Source: the human T2T-CHM13v2.0 reference genome, Homo sapiens
Assembly (NCBI RefSeq): GCF_009914755.1
Contig: NC_060928.1
Strand: one strand, 5' to 3'
Length of the DNA stretch: 64,000 bases
Position 1 is the stretch's first letter; each line of letters begins with the position of its first letter. Below, piece after piece: positions 41,830-57,419 of this stretch. Made by a program: the position numbers and the translations under genes. The notes under the pieces were generated by a model. The model made no database searches. It was given only the letters and a program-made list of their open reading frames with translations, and was not told the DNA's origin.

Positions 41830-43335
41830 TGTTCAAAAAATATTGGTAACATGTCAAAAGAACACCGAAGTTGATTAAATGTGTTTTTATTGATCAGATA
41901 CTACACAATTGAACATGAGTCCATACTACTATAAATACATATATTATATATACATGAATGAAAAGGGTGGAAGGAAAAGGTTGTTCTTACGGTGGAAAGC
42001 CAACTAATACATGTAGAAAACATAATAGAAAATAACCAGTACCAGTCATCACAATAACAGATTCAACAAGAAACACCAATAAATTATATACTAGTGGGTA
42101 GACGTTTAAAGAGTAACAAGATATTTACTTTACTCAGCATATCTTCTCACAATACTAATTGACTAGAAAAGGGTAAATAGTAAATAACAGTGAAGAAACC
42201 TGGTAGGCATTATCTTAATCAAGTGATCAAAGTTATTAGGCTAGACAACAATGTGACTGATCAGTAGCATACTCTGCAGTAATAGAACACTGAGAAGGAT
42301 TCAGCATCAATTCTGCGATATTTCTGCCAAAAGTCCATAACCTGAATTAATCATGAAGCAGTACTATAAAAATTGAGAGATGGTCTACAAAACAACTGGC
42401 CAGTCCTCCTAAAAATTTTCAAGTAATAAATAACAAAAGTCACTCAGCAAATTTTTCAGATTAAAGAATGTCTTAGTTCATTTGTGTTGCTATGAGAGAA
42501 TAACCGAGGCTGGGTAACGTATAAAGGAAAGAGTTTTATTTAGCTCATGGTTTTGCTGTATGTATAAAAAGCATGGTGTTCCCTTCCGTTCCACTTCTGT
42601 GAGGGCTTTTGTGCTGTGTCAAAACATGGCAGAGAAGGGTAAAGGGTAAGCATGTGCAAAAAGGAGAAAGCCTGAGGGATGTCCTGAGTTTATAACCACC
42701 CACTATCATAGGAACAAATCTAGTTTTATAGGAACTCACTGACAAACGTGAGAATACCTCCACATCATTCATGAGGGACTTTTCCCCCCACAACCTAAAC
42801 ACCTTCCAATTGACCTCACCTTCCAATACTCTGACATTGAGGATCACATTCAACATAAGATTTCATAGGGACAAATGAACTATATCCAAAGCATAGCAAA
42901 GAGACATATGAGACATCATAAATAAATGTAATCCATGATGTGAATTTTCCTTTTGCTATAAAAATATTGTTCCATTAATTGGTGAAGTTGAAATAAAATC
43001 AGTAGATTACATAATAGTAGTATGTCAATATATATTTCCTGATTTTGATAATTTTACTATGGAACTGTTAGAAAATTTCTTTATTTAGAAAATATCCATT
43101 GTACTCACTGATATATTTACAAATAAAAGGGTCTTATCAACTGGTAATTAAGAACCATGTGTATATGTACATATATATAAACACAGACACATAGGAGAAA
43201 CAGAATAAAATAACTGTAGTAATATACTGAAATTTGTGGAATCTGTGTGAAGGGCATCTAGAAGTTCTTTGTGTTGCTCTTATAATTTGCTGGTAAGTTT
43301 GAAACAATGGCAGAATTAACACTTAAAAAAACAAA
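41830..43335 (+). mobile_element. L1MC4-type 3' UTR, split by an MST LTR
   Basis: CAGTGAAGAAACCTGG...AATCAAGTGATCAAAGTTA, CTACAAAACAACTGGCCAGT and TTTCCTGATTTTGATAATT. Confidence 0.8.
42469..42898 (-). mobile_element. MaLR LTR, MSTB-like
   Basis: TGTCTTAGTTCATTTGTGTTGCTAT start, ATATCCAAAGCATAGCA end; near-TSD AAGAA/AAGAG. Confidence 0.88.
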
Positions 43336-43725
43336 CAAACTTTATAATATAGATGTTACCCATTTTTTTAAAAAATAAGAAAACTAAGATCAGATAGTAC
43401 AAATGCCCAATAATGCAAAGGAAGTACTGATCTATTACGCAGTAAATAAAAGCCTCCACTGTAAATAACAATAGTTTTAATAATATTAACCCTAACAACC
43501 TTATGTTGCCTAGCACATCTCCTCAACCAACAGACCTAACTCTACAATGAATAGGAAATGCAAGGAAATAAAGTAGCGTACTCCACTCCTTTTAGAATCT
43601 TCAACCTAGACAATTAATTTAAAAAATTATTATGGAGGTAACACCAGGCTAGCATGTGTGTATGCATGGGTGGAGATGAGAGGGCATAATACCGGGTTTG
43701 GTTTAGCGTATTTATTGTTAGAAAT

Positions 43726-46700
43726 TGAAAGAGAGAAAATAAGTTTCCTTTTCCCTCTTAGGTTCTCAGGTTGAGCCTGAAAAGTAAACTTACAAAGACA
43801 GAATAACGGGAAAAAAGAAAACAAGTTTATTTTTACATGTTCATTGAGGCCTTCATATAAAACAAATGAAGTCCCCCAAAAGCAGATAGGCTTCAAAGAT
43901 TATATACCAGTTTAACAAAGGGGACTTGAAGTGGAGCGAGATGGCAGAATAGAAGGGAAGATTCCACGAATCATCTCCTGAGCAAGGACACCAATTTATC
44001 AACTATCTACACACAAAAAACACCTTAATGAGAACCAAAGATCAGGTGAGCATTCCCGGTACCTGGTTTAACTTTGTATTGCTAAAAGATCCACTGAATA
44101 GGTAGAAATAACAATATTGAATTTTCAGTGCCACCCATCCCCTGCCCTGGCAGTGGTGGCATGGTGTGGATAGCGTTTCTATGTGCTGATGAAAGGAGAG
44201 CACAGCGATTGTGAGGCACTGAACTCAGTGTGGTCCTGCTACAGCACAAAAGAAAACCAGACCAATCTCAGCTGAAGAGTAAATCAGGAAGAAATCCAAA
44301 ACCTGAAGAGACCAATGACAAGTAACAAGATAGAAGCTGTAATAAAAAGTCTCCCCTTAAAGAAAAGCCTGGGAGGCCTTTTATTGCAGTTTGATAGCTT
44401 TACTGTTAAATTCTACCAAACACTTAGGAAGAACTAATACCAATCCTACTCAAATTATCTGGAAAAATAGAGAAGGAAAGAATACTCCCAAACTCATTCT
44501 ACGAGGCCAGTATTACACTGATACTAAAACCAAATGAAGAGACATCAAAAAAGGAAAATTACAGGCCAATACCTCCAATGAATATGAATGCAAAACTTCT
44601 CAGCAAAATACTAGCAAACCAAATTCAACAATACATTAGAAAGATGACTCTTTATGACCAAGTAGGATTTATCCCTGGGATGCAAGGATGGTTAAACATA
44701 TGCGAATAAATCAGTGTTACATCATATGAACAGACTGAAAGATAAAAATTATGTGATCGTTTCAATTGATCCTACAAAAGCATTTGATATAATTCAACAT
44801 CCCTTCATGACAAAAATCCTCAAAAACTTAGGAGAGAAGGAACATACCTCAACGTAATAAAAGCCATATACAAAAGACCCACTGCTAGTATCATAGTGAA
44901 TGGGAAAAAAACTGAAAGCATTTCCTCTAAAATCTGGAACATGATAAGGATGTCTGCTGTCATCACTATTTTTTCACATAGTACTGGAAGTCCTAGCTAG
45001 AACAGACAAGAGAATAAATAAAGCGTAATCAAATTGGAAAGGAAGAAGTCAAACTATCCTTGTTTGCAAATAATATTATCTGACTGACTGAAAGTCCACC
45101 AAAAAACTGTTAGAACTGACAAACAAAATCAGTAGTTACAGGACCAAAATTAACATTCAAAAATTAGTAGCATTTCTATATGCCAACAGTAAACAATCTG
45201 AAAAAATGTTTTAAGTAAATCCCATTTATAATAGATACAGATAAAGTTAAATGCCTAGGAATTAAATTATCCAAAGAAGTGAAATTTTCCTATCGTGAAA
45301 GCTATGAAACACTGATGAAAGAAATTGAGATGAAAGAAATTGAAGAGGCCACCAAAAAATTGAACGATATTCCATGTTCATCATTGGAAGAATCGATGTT
45401 GTTAAAATGTCCATACTACCCAAAGCAATCTACATATTTAATGCAATTCCTATCTAAATACCAATGGCATTCTTCACAGAAATTGAAAAAAATCCTAAAA
45501 TTTATATGGAACCACAAAAGACCCAGAATAGCCAAAGCAATCCTAAGCAAAAAGAACAAAACTGAAGAATTTTATTACCTGAATTCAAATTATACTACGG
45601 AGGTATAGTAAGCAAAACAGCACAGTATTGACATAAAACAGACACATAGACCAATGGAACAGAATTGAGAACCCATAAACAAATTCACACACCTACAGTG
45701 AACTCATTTTTGACCAAGCTGCCAGGAACATACACTGGGGAAAGGACTGTTTCTTCAATAGACGGTGCTAGGAAAACTGGGTATCCATATGCAGTAGAAG
45801 GAAAAGAGACCTCTATCTCTCACCATATAGAAAAATCAGATCAAAATGGATTAATGACTTAAATCTAAGATCTCAAAATGTGAAACTATTACAAGAAAAC
45901 ATTATAGAAAATCTCCAGGACATTGGTCTGGGTAAAAATTTCTTGAGCAATACCCCATAAGCACAGTCAATCAAAGTAAAAATGGACAAATGAGATCACA
46001 TCAAGTTAAAAAGCTTCTGCACGGCAGAATGGGGGAAAATATTTGCAAACTTTCCATTCAACAAGGTATTAATAACCAGAAAATATAAGGAGCTTAAATC
46101 ACTCTAGGGGAAAAAAAATCAAATAATCTGATCAAAAAATGGGCATAAGATTTCGATAGTCATTTCTCAAAAAAAGACATACACATGGCAAACAGGCATA
46201 GGAAAAGGTGCTGGGCATTACTGATCATCAGAGAAATGCATATCAAAACTACAATGAGACATTATCTCATGCCAGTCTACATGGCTTAGATCCAAAAGAC
46301 AGCCAATAACAAATGCTGGCAAGGATGTGGAGAAAAGGGAACACTTGTACACTGTTGATGGGACTGTAAATTAGCAGGACCATGATAGAAAACAGTTTTT
46401 AGGTTCCACAAAAAACTAAAAACAGAGTTACCATATGATTCAGCAATTCCCCTGCTGTGTATATATCCAAAAGAAAGGAAATCAGTGTATCAAAGAGATA
46501 CCTGCACTTCCATGTTTGTTGGAGCACTGTTCACAATAGCCAAGATTTGGAAGCAACTTAAGTGTCCACACTATTGAGTCAGAGAAAAGAATGGGATCCA
46601 GTCATTTGCACCAATATGGATGGAATTGGAAGTCATTAGGTTAAGTGAAATAAGCCAGGCATAGAAAGACAAAACTTATGTTCTCACTTGTTTGTGGAAT

Positions 46701-47404
46701 CTAAAAATCAAAACAATTGAATTCCTGAAGATAGTAGAAGGATGGTTACCAGAAGCTGGGAAATGTGGTTGAGGTCGGGGGAAGGTGGGGATGGTTAATG
46801 GGCACAAAAAAATTGTTACAAAGAATAAATAAGGCCTACTATTTGATAGTACCATAGGCTGACAATAGTCAAAAATAATTGTACATTTTAAAATAACTAA
46901 AACAGTGTAATTGGATTGTTTATAACACGAAGAATAAATGTTTGAGGGAATGGGTACTCCATCTTTATGATGTGATTATTCACCTGTGATTTGCATGCCT
47001 GTGTATACACCTGCTTTTTACTTACACAATTTAGAAATTAAAAAAAAATTAAAAAGCAAGGTATGATGAATTGGGAAGATGTGACAAGACAAAAAAGTGG
47101 GAAGGGGACTTGGGGTGGTTAACTGTGAGAAAGTGACTAATGGAAGATAGGGTTGTTTTAGTAGGTCGGTTTTTGTAAATTCATCTTGGTGTCTCCTCCC
47201 TGACTCCAGTAATAAGAACATTTTTTGCCTGGTGATGGGAGAAGGGAGACGTTTTTCATGGGAAATGTGATGCCTTTCTTTTAGGTAGAAAGGAAGGGTT
47301 CAGAGAGGCCTTCCTACATCTGCGTTTTCTCAACTGCTTTCAGCTCTAAGGAATCAATATGCCAAGGTGGCATATTTTGAGCTTGCATGTTTTCATCCCC
47401 TTCA
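43726..47404 (-). mobile_element. ERV1 LTR, MER34-like, split into 43726-43920 and ~47057-47404 by an L1MA insertion
   Basis: Right end AATCAATATGCCAAGGTGGCATATTTTG...CCCCTTCA is the reverse of the MER34-type start; the left piece carries TTTATT (reverse poly(A) signal) and a TG terminus. Confidence 0.7.
43921..47056 (+). mobile_element. L1MA2-like element retaining its extreme 5' end but with a multi-kb internal deletion
   Basis: 5' UTR start GGAGCGAGATGGCAGAATAGAAGG runs to ~44275, then joins directly to mid-ORF2 (AATCAGGAAGAAATCCAAAACCTGAA); RT region follows; L1MA2-type 3' UTR CCTACTATTTGATAG...GTGTAATTGGATTGTTT; A tail. Confidence 0.9.
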
Positions 47405-48196
47405 AAGCACAGAAGCAAATATACCGACCACTTCCACTTAGTATAGAAACTTTTTCCTCTAATTTGGAACTTGTTCCATCTTTTGCTTTTTTGTTTGCTT
47501 ATTCTGATCTTAGTGTTCCTCTCTGTATTTATTCTTCTATTATTTTTAATGTATTTTATTTTCACTCTACCTTCCTATGATTTGTGAAGAAAAATTAATA
47601 CAAAATCTACACAATTCAGACAATAGTCATGTCTACAACTGTTCTCAGTTCAGGCAGAAAGTTTTTGGTAACCAACTATTTATTTATGCTAAAAGTCAAC
47701 TGTACATGCCCAAATAATAACGGAATCATTTGGAAAATTTAAAGAACAAATATTAAATATTCAAGTTTTTGGTTTGTAAATTAAGGAGTACTGTAAATCT
47801 TCCCAGTAGCTAATAAAAGGAGAAATAAATACATTTGATTAATCTTATTTTCAAATGATTAAACAAGTAAAGCTTATTTTCCTTAAGATATTTAGGTATA
47901 TTTAAGAATATATATACTTAAAACTATATATATAAAATATGTAGTTTGTGTGATCAAGAAAGTTACATTTTATTTCTGTAACTATTCACCATAGAATGCC
48001 AGGGGGCATAGTACCATAATTAGGTTAAAATGTAATGTTATGTGTAAACATAACGGATACATAATGGCACGACTAAGCAAATCAATATCATGGACATTTC
48101 TCTGAAAACAAGAAAAATCTATTTAGAACAAATAATAGTTGTTATAAAGACTTGTATCACAAGTAATTCAAAATAATCACATTAATTAAAAGTGTG

Positions 48197-48485
48197 AACT
48201 GGGTGCAGTGGCACATGCCTGTAATGCCAGCCCTTTGGGAGGCTAAGGAAGGAGGATTGCTGGAGCCCAGGAGTTTGAGACTAACCTAGGCAACGTTGTG
48301 ATACCTTCTGTCTACAAAAGCCGGGCACAGTGGTAAGTGTCTGTAGTGCCAGCTACTTGGAGGACTGAGGTAGGAGGATGGCTTGAGGCCAGGAGTTCAA
48401 GGCGGCAGTGAGCTATGATCACAGCACTGTATTCCAGCCTGGGTGACAGAGCAAGATCCTGTCTTTAAAAAAAAAATAAATAAAT
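48197..48485 (+). mobile_element. AluJ (Jo/Jr-like)
   Basis: GGAGGATTGCTGGAGCCCAGGAGTTTGAG and GCAGTGAGCTATGATC; A tail. Confidence 0.9.
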
Positions 48486-48840
48486 GAAATGTTTAAAGTG
48501 CAACTAAAATTTACTGTAGAAAAATATTGAATAGCTGAGTAATTATGCTTATACATGCAAAAATCATGGATGCATACCTCTGCATTAATATTTTTTGTCA
48601 ATCAAGCAGCAAGAATGTTTATTACTGATATGTCACATCACTGAACGGTCATCAGCAGGAGATAAAGTCTGGGTTTTTTCCCAGAAACAATTTATCAATA
48701 ATGTTTGTGCCAGTTGCCTTTTTGTATTGTCCCCCTAAACACATACAAATGGTATTTTCTCTTCAATGTTGTATATGAAATGTCTCACGTGTATATTCTT
48801 CAGTTTGTGTTTTCACATGGAAAACATATTCAAAAGTTTA

Positions 48841-49015
<175 letters not shown>

Positions 49016-51989
49016 GAAAGATTTTTTTAAAAGAAAAATGTGAAGGTTTACATGTGAAGCTAAACATTTTAATTACAAACGAATGGATTTTCTTTGCTTG
49101 GAGATCTTTACAGTTTGAGTAATTGCAAAAGTATACTGTGCTATGGTCCTCATTCTTCTCAAACAAGTCTAATAACCTCTACCTCACATCACCCATCTTA
49201 TAGTGAGATGAGCATATAATTTCTTATCTACACCTGGACACTTTTAATAACAGCGGCATTAATTAAACTATGACAGCATAAGCCAGGAATCTCACAGGCA
49301 AATCCAGAAAATGGTCAAATCTATATATTCCTACAAATATATACCATTTAAGGATGAAGAAAAGAGTGATTGTGCAGAAGTATTGAGCAGGCACTAAGGA
49401 AATGGCAGAGAGGGGAACACAGCCTTGGAATACAGGTGGCTTATATTTTTCACAGGTCACTCTGTATATGAGCATCAAATTGTGAATAGTGTTATCCAAC
49501 TGAAAATAAAAGTAGACATCATCTGGGGTAAATGAATAAAGAGCAGCTTTACAAAAACTTCAGAGTAAGCTTGAGAGAAATATGCAGCAATTTTGCAGAA
49601 AGATAGGATTACACCTTTCTCACCAATTATTAGTACCATCTGGCATTATTAAACTTAATTGCAAACTCATGCCACACCAATTTTTGTCTGTTTAATTTTA
49701 CTAGGTTCTCTCTCATAGGCCTCTTTTAGTAGCCTGCATAAACCACATCCAAGCAATTCTAGCAGGTTCTGTCTCTCATTTTCTTTGTGACTTATAGTTG
49801 CATCAATTCAGGCTAAGTAAAATGCAATATTGAAGGCATTGATTTCTTAACTATCTATGAAATGGAAATCTATGGGAAGGAAAAATAGATTTGAGTTTAT
49901 TACAGTCAGGATGGCACTTTTCTCTATATTGACAAGTGCATCACATGATTTAGTTAAAACAATAGAAGCTACAAAAAAAAGCATTCATTTGAAGGATTCC
50001 AATTAGATTGCAGTACTTATGAAATAGCAAAACACAAGATCAAATCCGAGGTAGAGTTGAGGCAAATTTAGGTATCTCAGCAAGATGAAAAACAAAAACC
50101 TTCTTACTAAAATTTGTCATGAGTTGACTCAAGTCAAAGTGACTTTTTAGATTTATATATTCGTGGAATCTAGAATTTTATTGACCTAGTATGGATCATG
50201 AGTCCACTGATTTGAACTTCTTTTGCATAATATTATGACTGCTGTCCCCGTGACAATCACATTCATTGTAGGAGTATTAATTTCCAAAGTATGGGCATAT
50301 AAATGAAGGATAAAAGCACTGTGGGCAGATAATGTATAGTATAGTTATTCTATACTATGACACTTAATCCTGTACATTGATAGCCTGAAAACTGATGAAG
50401 ACCTCAAACAATCATAGTTGGGTACAATATGTATATCTTAACATAAGAAAATCTCTTATACTGTTATTCATGGATCCCTTTCTAGAACTCAAATCCATTC
50501 TCTCACCAATAATACATACAATTAAAATAGCACACCCAATGCCACAGATGCTAAAGGAATGTCTGCCCATAAAGTTATCTTTGTATAGAGTTCATACCTG
50601 ATTTTATATTTTTGCTAAAGTAAATATATTTTTGGTAAAGTCAGGTTTATGAACCACTTGTGAAAATTATCAACGGTCAAGTTGATGATTTTATATTTTA
50701 AAAGAAAATATTTTGAATTTTGTGTTTTTTTATGCTAATATAGAATAGTTTATTGACATTTATTTTCAATTTTAATAAAATTCTCTCTTTTTCTAATGCT
50801 TTAAATACACATTTATTTAAACAAATTTAAAAATATTCTAAAAATAAATTAAACGATGTATGACTAGCTTTCCAGACAAGAGTAACTCTTCTACATTCTA
50901 GTTGGGTGTCTTCACGATGTAGATCAGACATCTCCGTGGTTTATTTATTTTTCTAGGAATATTATTTTTTATATAACCCCCTAATTATATGAACACATGG
51001 AATAATTGTAGGTCTTTCATCTTTAATATTATTTTTAAAGTGCTATATGCTCCCTTCTGTCATTCTTGGTTATATATGGAAAGAAGATAAGAATTTTTTG
51101 GTAAGAATAAATAAGTAACATAAATGAATTCTATGTTGTTTACCTGAATGAGACCTTCTGAAATATCTCTGGATCATATGAGCTTGAAAAGACATATTGG
51201 AAAATAATTTCTATAATACATCAATGAGTTTTGCTGCTATTGTTCCTGTTGCTGTTAAAACAGAGTTAAGTAGTCAATTACATTCCTCTCTGTTTTCTCT
51301 ATATCTTTTATTACTTCAAATGATGAAATATGTAAGATATTAAAGTAACAAAAATAACACATTAAATTCAGGTCAAATAAAAGATAAGGATTTCTTTCTA
51401 TAGGCAGCTTTATAAATAAGAATTTATAAATGTTAATATTTTTGTTTTTTAGAAAAGTGACTTGGTATAAAGATTGAAAAAGCTCAGATTTATATTGTTT
51501 GTAGTAACTTTTTAGACTGTTGGCCATTTCAGAGGAAAAACACAGGCGATTGTCAAATTTCTTTTTTTTTTTCTTCAGGAAGTATTATCTTGAATGTTTT
51601 CTTAACAATATGAGAAATAAATGACAAATTCTATACATAGATGTCACATTTTAAATCTGACAAATTTCAAACATTTAATTTCCCATGTTACTAACATATT
51701 AGAAAAGAATATAAACTAGGGATTATTAGATAATTCTGTGAAATGAACTATTATAGCTAAGTGGAGCATATTGATTATCTTTAAGTTTAATAATATCATA
51801 GAACAATTTATTATGCAGAAATATTAGATAAATGTATTATCATCTAAGGTAAATCAGGTTTGCTTAATCATGTTCTATTATAGGAATAATGTTGATATAA
51901 TTAAAAGTATCCACTAAGCAGCACAAGGAAATTGATCAACAAAATACATCTTGATTAATTTCTAAGTCTACCATTTACCAAATCTGTTA

Positions 51990-52182
51990 TTTTAAGCAGG
52001 TTATGTGACTCTTATTTTTGATCTGCAGGTTTTTTTGGCTATGAAATAATGAAATGGAGTTATAATACACAATGAATGTGGTTGTTCTGAGAATTAAATG
52101 TAACACTGCACATGAAACCCTATGCCGAGAGCCTTGCCTGAAGTAATTCCTTAATATATGAGACCTATTGTTATTATTATTA
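51990..52182 (+). mobile_element. MIR
   Basis: GGTTGTTCTGAGAATTAAATG...TATTGTTATTATTATT. Confidence 0.65.
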
Positions 52183-53399
52183 ACATGATGATATTTAAAT
52201 ATTGCGTTCGAAAAACCAAGAAAATCTATGTATAAAATGGACAGAAGCAGCAGTTTTTTTTAATGAGAGAATATGCTTCTCTTGCTATATCATTTTCCTA
52301 TATAGGAGTTTTGCTCTTTTATCTAGACATGTAATTAAAGCCATCAATTATTCCTAAAAAGTTTCCTATGGATAGAACACCTTTACTTTTAATCATCCTG
52401 GTGATGTCTCTTTTGTATGAAATGAAATTCCTAGCATTACATATGGAAATGTGAGAATCTCAGATTTATATACTCAATATCAAGATAAAATTACCTCCCC
52501 AAACTGCATTTACTTCAAAGCATTATTACTAGGGTTCCATGAAGCAATGTCAGCACATGGTCTGGCCTTCAGTTTCAAGGATTATAAAACAGAGAACCTA
52601 TTAGGAAGAATACCAACATAGCAACTTATACGCCTTACTGCATGAGAATTAGTTTTTAAAAACCCACGTATTCAATCTGTGGCCTAGTCTCCGATTAAGA
52701 ATGTGATAGAAGAGCCAACGCTGACGAAAGAACAGTGCATACTCCTGGTTATGAGAAGAAGAACAATGCATTGTTTCTGTATTACAGGGTGGTACTTTCC
52801 AGAAAAGGATTGAAGTAATTTGAAGGGGAAAAGCTTGAGAAACTCCTACTTTTATCTTCCTGGGAGGGTTCTTTTATCCTTGAGTATTTTGAGGGATCAT
52901 ACTAGAACTCAGATAGGAAAGAGAGAGAGAGAGAATGAGCTAAAAGTGAATCTTCAGTTTTCATGATAAGTTATTTTTATCTCTCCTCTGTAAGTACAGA
53001 TATGGGAAGGAATTCACATCAGAAATCTTTACTGGGAATTAAGTGAATGGGATTGACTGGAGTAACCCGTGTCTTTAATGTCTTCATAAACTGTTGGGTG
53101 ACTGTGACAAGAACATGAGAACCCTATGCAGTTAGTAACAAAGACAAATAGTGTCTGCAAGTAAATTATTCAAGGTGAATATACTGTAAATAAATGAAAT
53201 GCATATGATTAAAGTTTAAGTAATTAGCTTATTAATTGATAGCAGTACAGTGAATTCAGTCACAGTCAAGTAATTGGATAAAGGGAATGGTTGAAATGAC
53301 CAAAATGACTACGCCCTATTGCTTACTAGTTCTGTGAATATAGCCATGGTTTAAGGTCTAAGAAAGAATCAAACAAACTCTCTTGGCAAGTATGTTAAG

Positions 53400-53535
53400 G
53401 TTAATTGTTTTCCTAGCTGTGCAATCTTGGGTAGATTGTTTTGGTACCGTTTGCCTCACTTTGGAGTAAAATAAAGAACAACTTCCACACAATGTTGATG
53501 TGAATATTGAATAAGAAAAATATTTACAGAGACAT
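53400..53535 (+). mobile_element. MIR fragment
   Basis: CTAGCTGTGCAATCTTGGGTA...GCCTCACTTT...GTAAAATAAAG. Confidence 0.6.
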
Positions 53536-55315
53536 ATTGGGTTTTCAATATGTGATTTTGTTTTCCCTATTTATTTTTCTTTCTTCTCTAAGCAGAAATG
53601 GCATATCTCATAAGGCAGAATTTTTTCTGATGTCGCTATAAATATTTATATTTTTCTTCATTACCATTTCATTAGAAAAAATATTGTGAGCAACTTTCAC
53701 ACAAACACCTGGGGATGCAGCAGTGAAGAAAACCTGCAAGGGTCTGTCATCAGGGAGACTACATATAAAACACTCTGCAAACATTTGTTTTATGCTTTTA
53801 TCTTTATAATTGATATCACTTGGATTTTTTTTTTTTGCCTTTGAAAACAGCCTTACTATTCCCAGGCAGGCCATACATCGTACAACTAGACTCACATGTG
53901 GGTTTGCACCTTTTGATCTTTTAAGCTATTTGTGAATTAATATTCTTCATTTTTATCAGTAATATCAAATACAGACATAGAACATATAAATAGTATAGGC
54001 CTAAAAGCTAAATTTTGATCTCTAATTTAAAGTGAAAGATATATTAAATATAAAATAGTGAAGTAAAATGTTTTGGAATATAGTATCTCACAGATTAAAA
54101 AGCTTTGTTAATGCCTCTGAGGTTAATTGCATATTGAACCTAGTAAATTATCTTAATATCTCATTTTCATATAGAACCCTTGATAAACTTGATTACCTAA
54201 AGTTGTCTGATGCTGGTTAAATACTTCAAGGCAAACGAATAACTAAAACAATACTTTTTTTCTTTGTAACTCCATTTGAAAGGTAAAATTGAGTGTAATT
54301 AAACCCGATATGGTCTACTTGTTTTATATTTATTCACATAGGTTGGGATTTTCATGCTTAAGCTTGTTAGCTTTGGAATGCCTAGGATGGAACATAATTT
54401 GCAGAGTTACACTCCAGCAGTCAACAAACAATGGATCTCCTAAAACTGTCCTTGCGTCTACAGTAGCATTTCTTAATTATATATTTGGCACGGAGAACAA
54501 ATGAATTGCCCTTAGAAACTAAGTGGATTATAAATTGTTAAGTCTACATTTCAGGCAGCAATGCCCATAAAATGATGTGAAAATTATCAATGCTAAAGCC
54601 CTTTCATAATAATAAAGAAATCAATCTAACTTTTAAGTATCATCGTGCATATTTTATTGTCATGAATTCCAGTGATTTGTGAAGCAGAGCCTGTGGGTGG
54701 GTACAGACTCCACTCCTGTCTGTGACTGCTGGGGATTCTAAACTGTCTTGCTAGTCCACTCTCAGCTTTTAGCATAAGCTGAAAACTTGCATAAAATTCT
54801 TTGTAACATCTGGTATACCTCCCGGGCTCTCTTCCTTGTGTGCGCTGCCAGGGATGTGTCCCTGTTCTTATCCCATCACTTTGAAGTGACTTACCTTGTA
54901 AATGTTATGGTATTTCACTGTCTTGTGTATGACTTCAACTTTCTGATGTATTCAATAAAAGATTTCTGGTTTTCATTTTAGTTTATTCAGCTTTAGCTTC
55001 TTGTTAGGTTGTATCTTTACAAGTTTTCTACATCTTATGTATAAGCAAAACATTCTCTGCTGCTTTAAGCTGTCTTTTTTGCTGATCAACTTTATATTTA
55101 ATTGCCTGAGATTTAATTCAAAAACATATTATGACTAAACTAGAGGAGAAGCAAACATCCTCTCCAGAAGAACAGTTTCAAATATCCCCTTGAAAACGCG
55201 GAGTAAAATATTGTATTTAAGTGAACATTTTTCATTATTTTGTTGTGAACACATTATTTCTTGCCATGAGGAGTAGAAGGATGTGTTTGGGCACTGAATA
55301 ACCCAAAGAACTGTC

Positions 55316-56125
<810 letters not shown>

Positions 56126-57419
56126 GAAATAGAAGCCAAGTCTGAGAAAAGCTGATTTATCTGTGGAGAATAGTTTCTCTAAATGTAAGAATGAAAGATT
56201 ATTTGAATGTGAAACCTAAAGAGCACAGGAAAACTAAGATGTCACTTGACTAGCTTGAATACATTAATGTCCTACAAAGGGTATATTGGATATAAGACTA
56301 CAGAGAAATTTTGCAGATAAAGTAATATTTTTGTGATTCTTCTCTAATCATGAAAGAGATCTGCTGCTTGCTATAGTAAAACATAGAAGAATATTTTTCT
56401 TTTAATTTCTACCAATTTTTCAGTGAATATGTTTCCTCATAATTGTTTCAAATTTCGTTTAAATTTAACCAATACTTTGTCTTACTTTTAAATGGTATGC
56501 TTTTACTTTTAGGTATTGCTTTTAGATGTCTTGTGTTTTCTTTTTTAAAATATTTCATTTGACTGTTGGTAAACAATTGATAGCTTTAAGACTGATAGAA
56601 GAAAAGAAGAACCAACATTTTTTTTCTTAAATTTTTTAAATAAATAGATTAGGTTAGAAATCTGTTACTCGGGTTAAATGCTTTGCTTAATGTCCCTCAA
56701 CTAGTAAACTATGGGGATAGGATCTATTTGCCTTTATTGCCCATGGGTTTTCACGTATATGCCTATATTGCAACAGCATTTTTTGTTAAAGAAGTGATGA
56801 TCTTTTTAAGCCAAATTGTCTTGTAACTCAGCACATTTTGATTTTTTTCACTGTTTTCTTTTCTGAATAAATGAGAATTATATTTTTATTGCTGTATCTT
56901 CTGGCCTTCACATACAGATTATTTTCTCTTCCTTCTTCCCCTAAATAGACTTTCAGAGCACTATGACCAGGAGTTATTCCAAGGCTAGTCTAATGGAAAG
57001 TAAACAATCTGTATCAAGCTGGGATATACACTGCAGAAATGGAATTTAACAGTAATTCACTGAAATAATAAGCTACCTAAGAGAAAATAAGGGAATTTGG
57101 ACATAGAATATTGTCATTGTGACTGTTATTGGTAGATTTGATCAGGTCTGTCTCTGCAGTTAAAAGGAAAGAAAAAAGAAGCTGGATGTGACCATATAAC
57201 TGGGAACTACAAACAGAAAGATCCATGTGTTGCCTTACCCTTCCAATTCTTTTGCGATGATCACTGAGTGTCAGTTTTATCCTCTTAAGAACAAGGATTT
57301 CACAAAACCACTCAAGAGCTATTCAAGCCACAAATTAAACAATAAAGATAAATCATGCTTTATTCAATTTGATTTGAGCTCCCAGTAAGCAAATATTTAC
57401 ATATGCTTTTAAGTATATG

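Noticed and set aside
52788-52814. Possible 27-nt micro-exon (TACAG|GGTGGT...TTGAA|GTAATT)
   Set aside because: Weak donor and no other exons of a host gene identifiable in the window.
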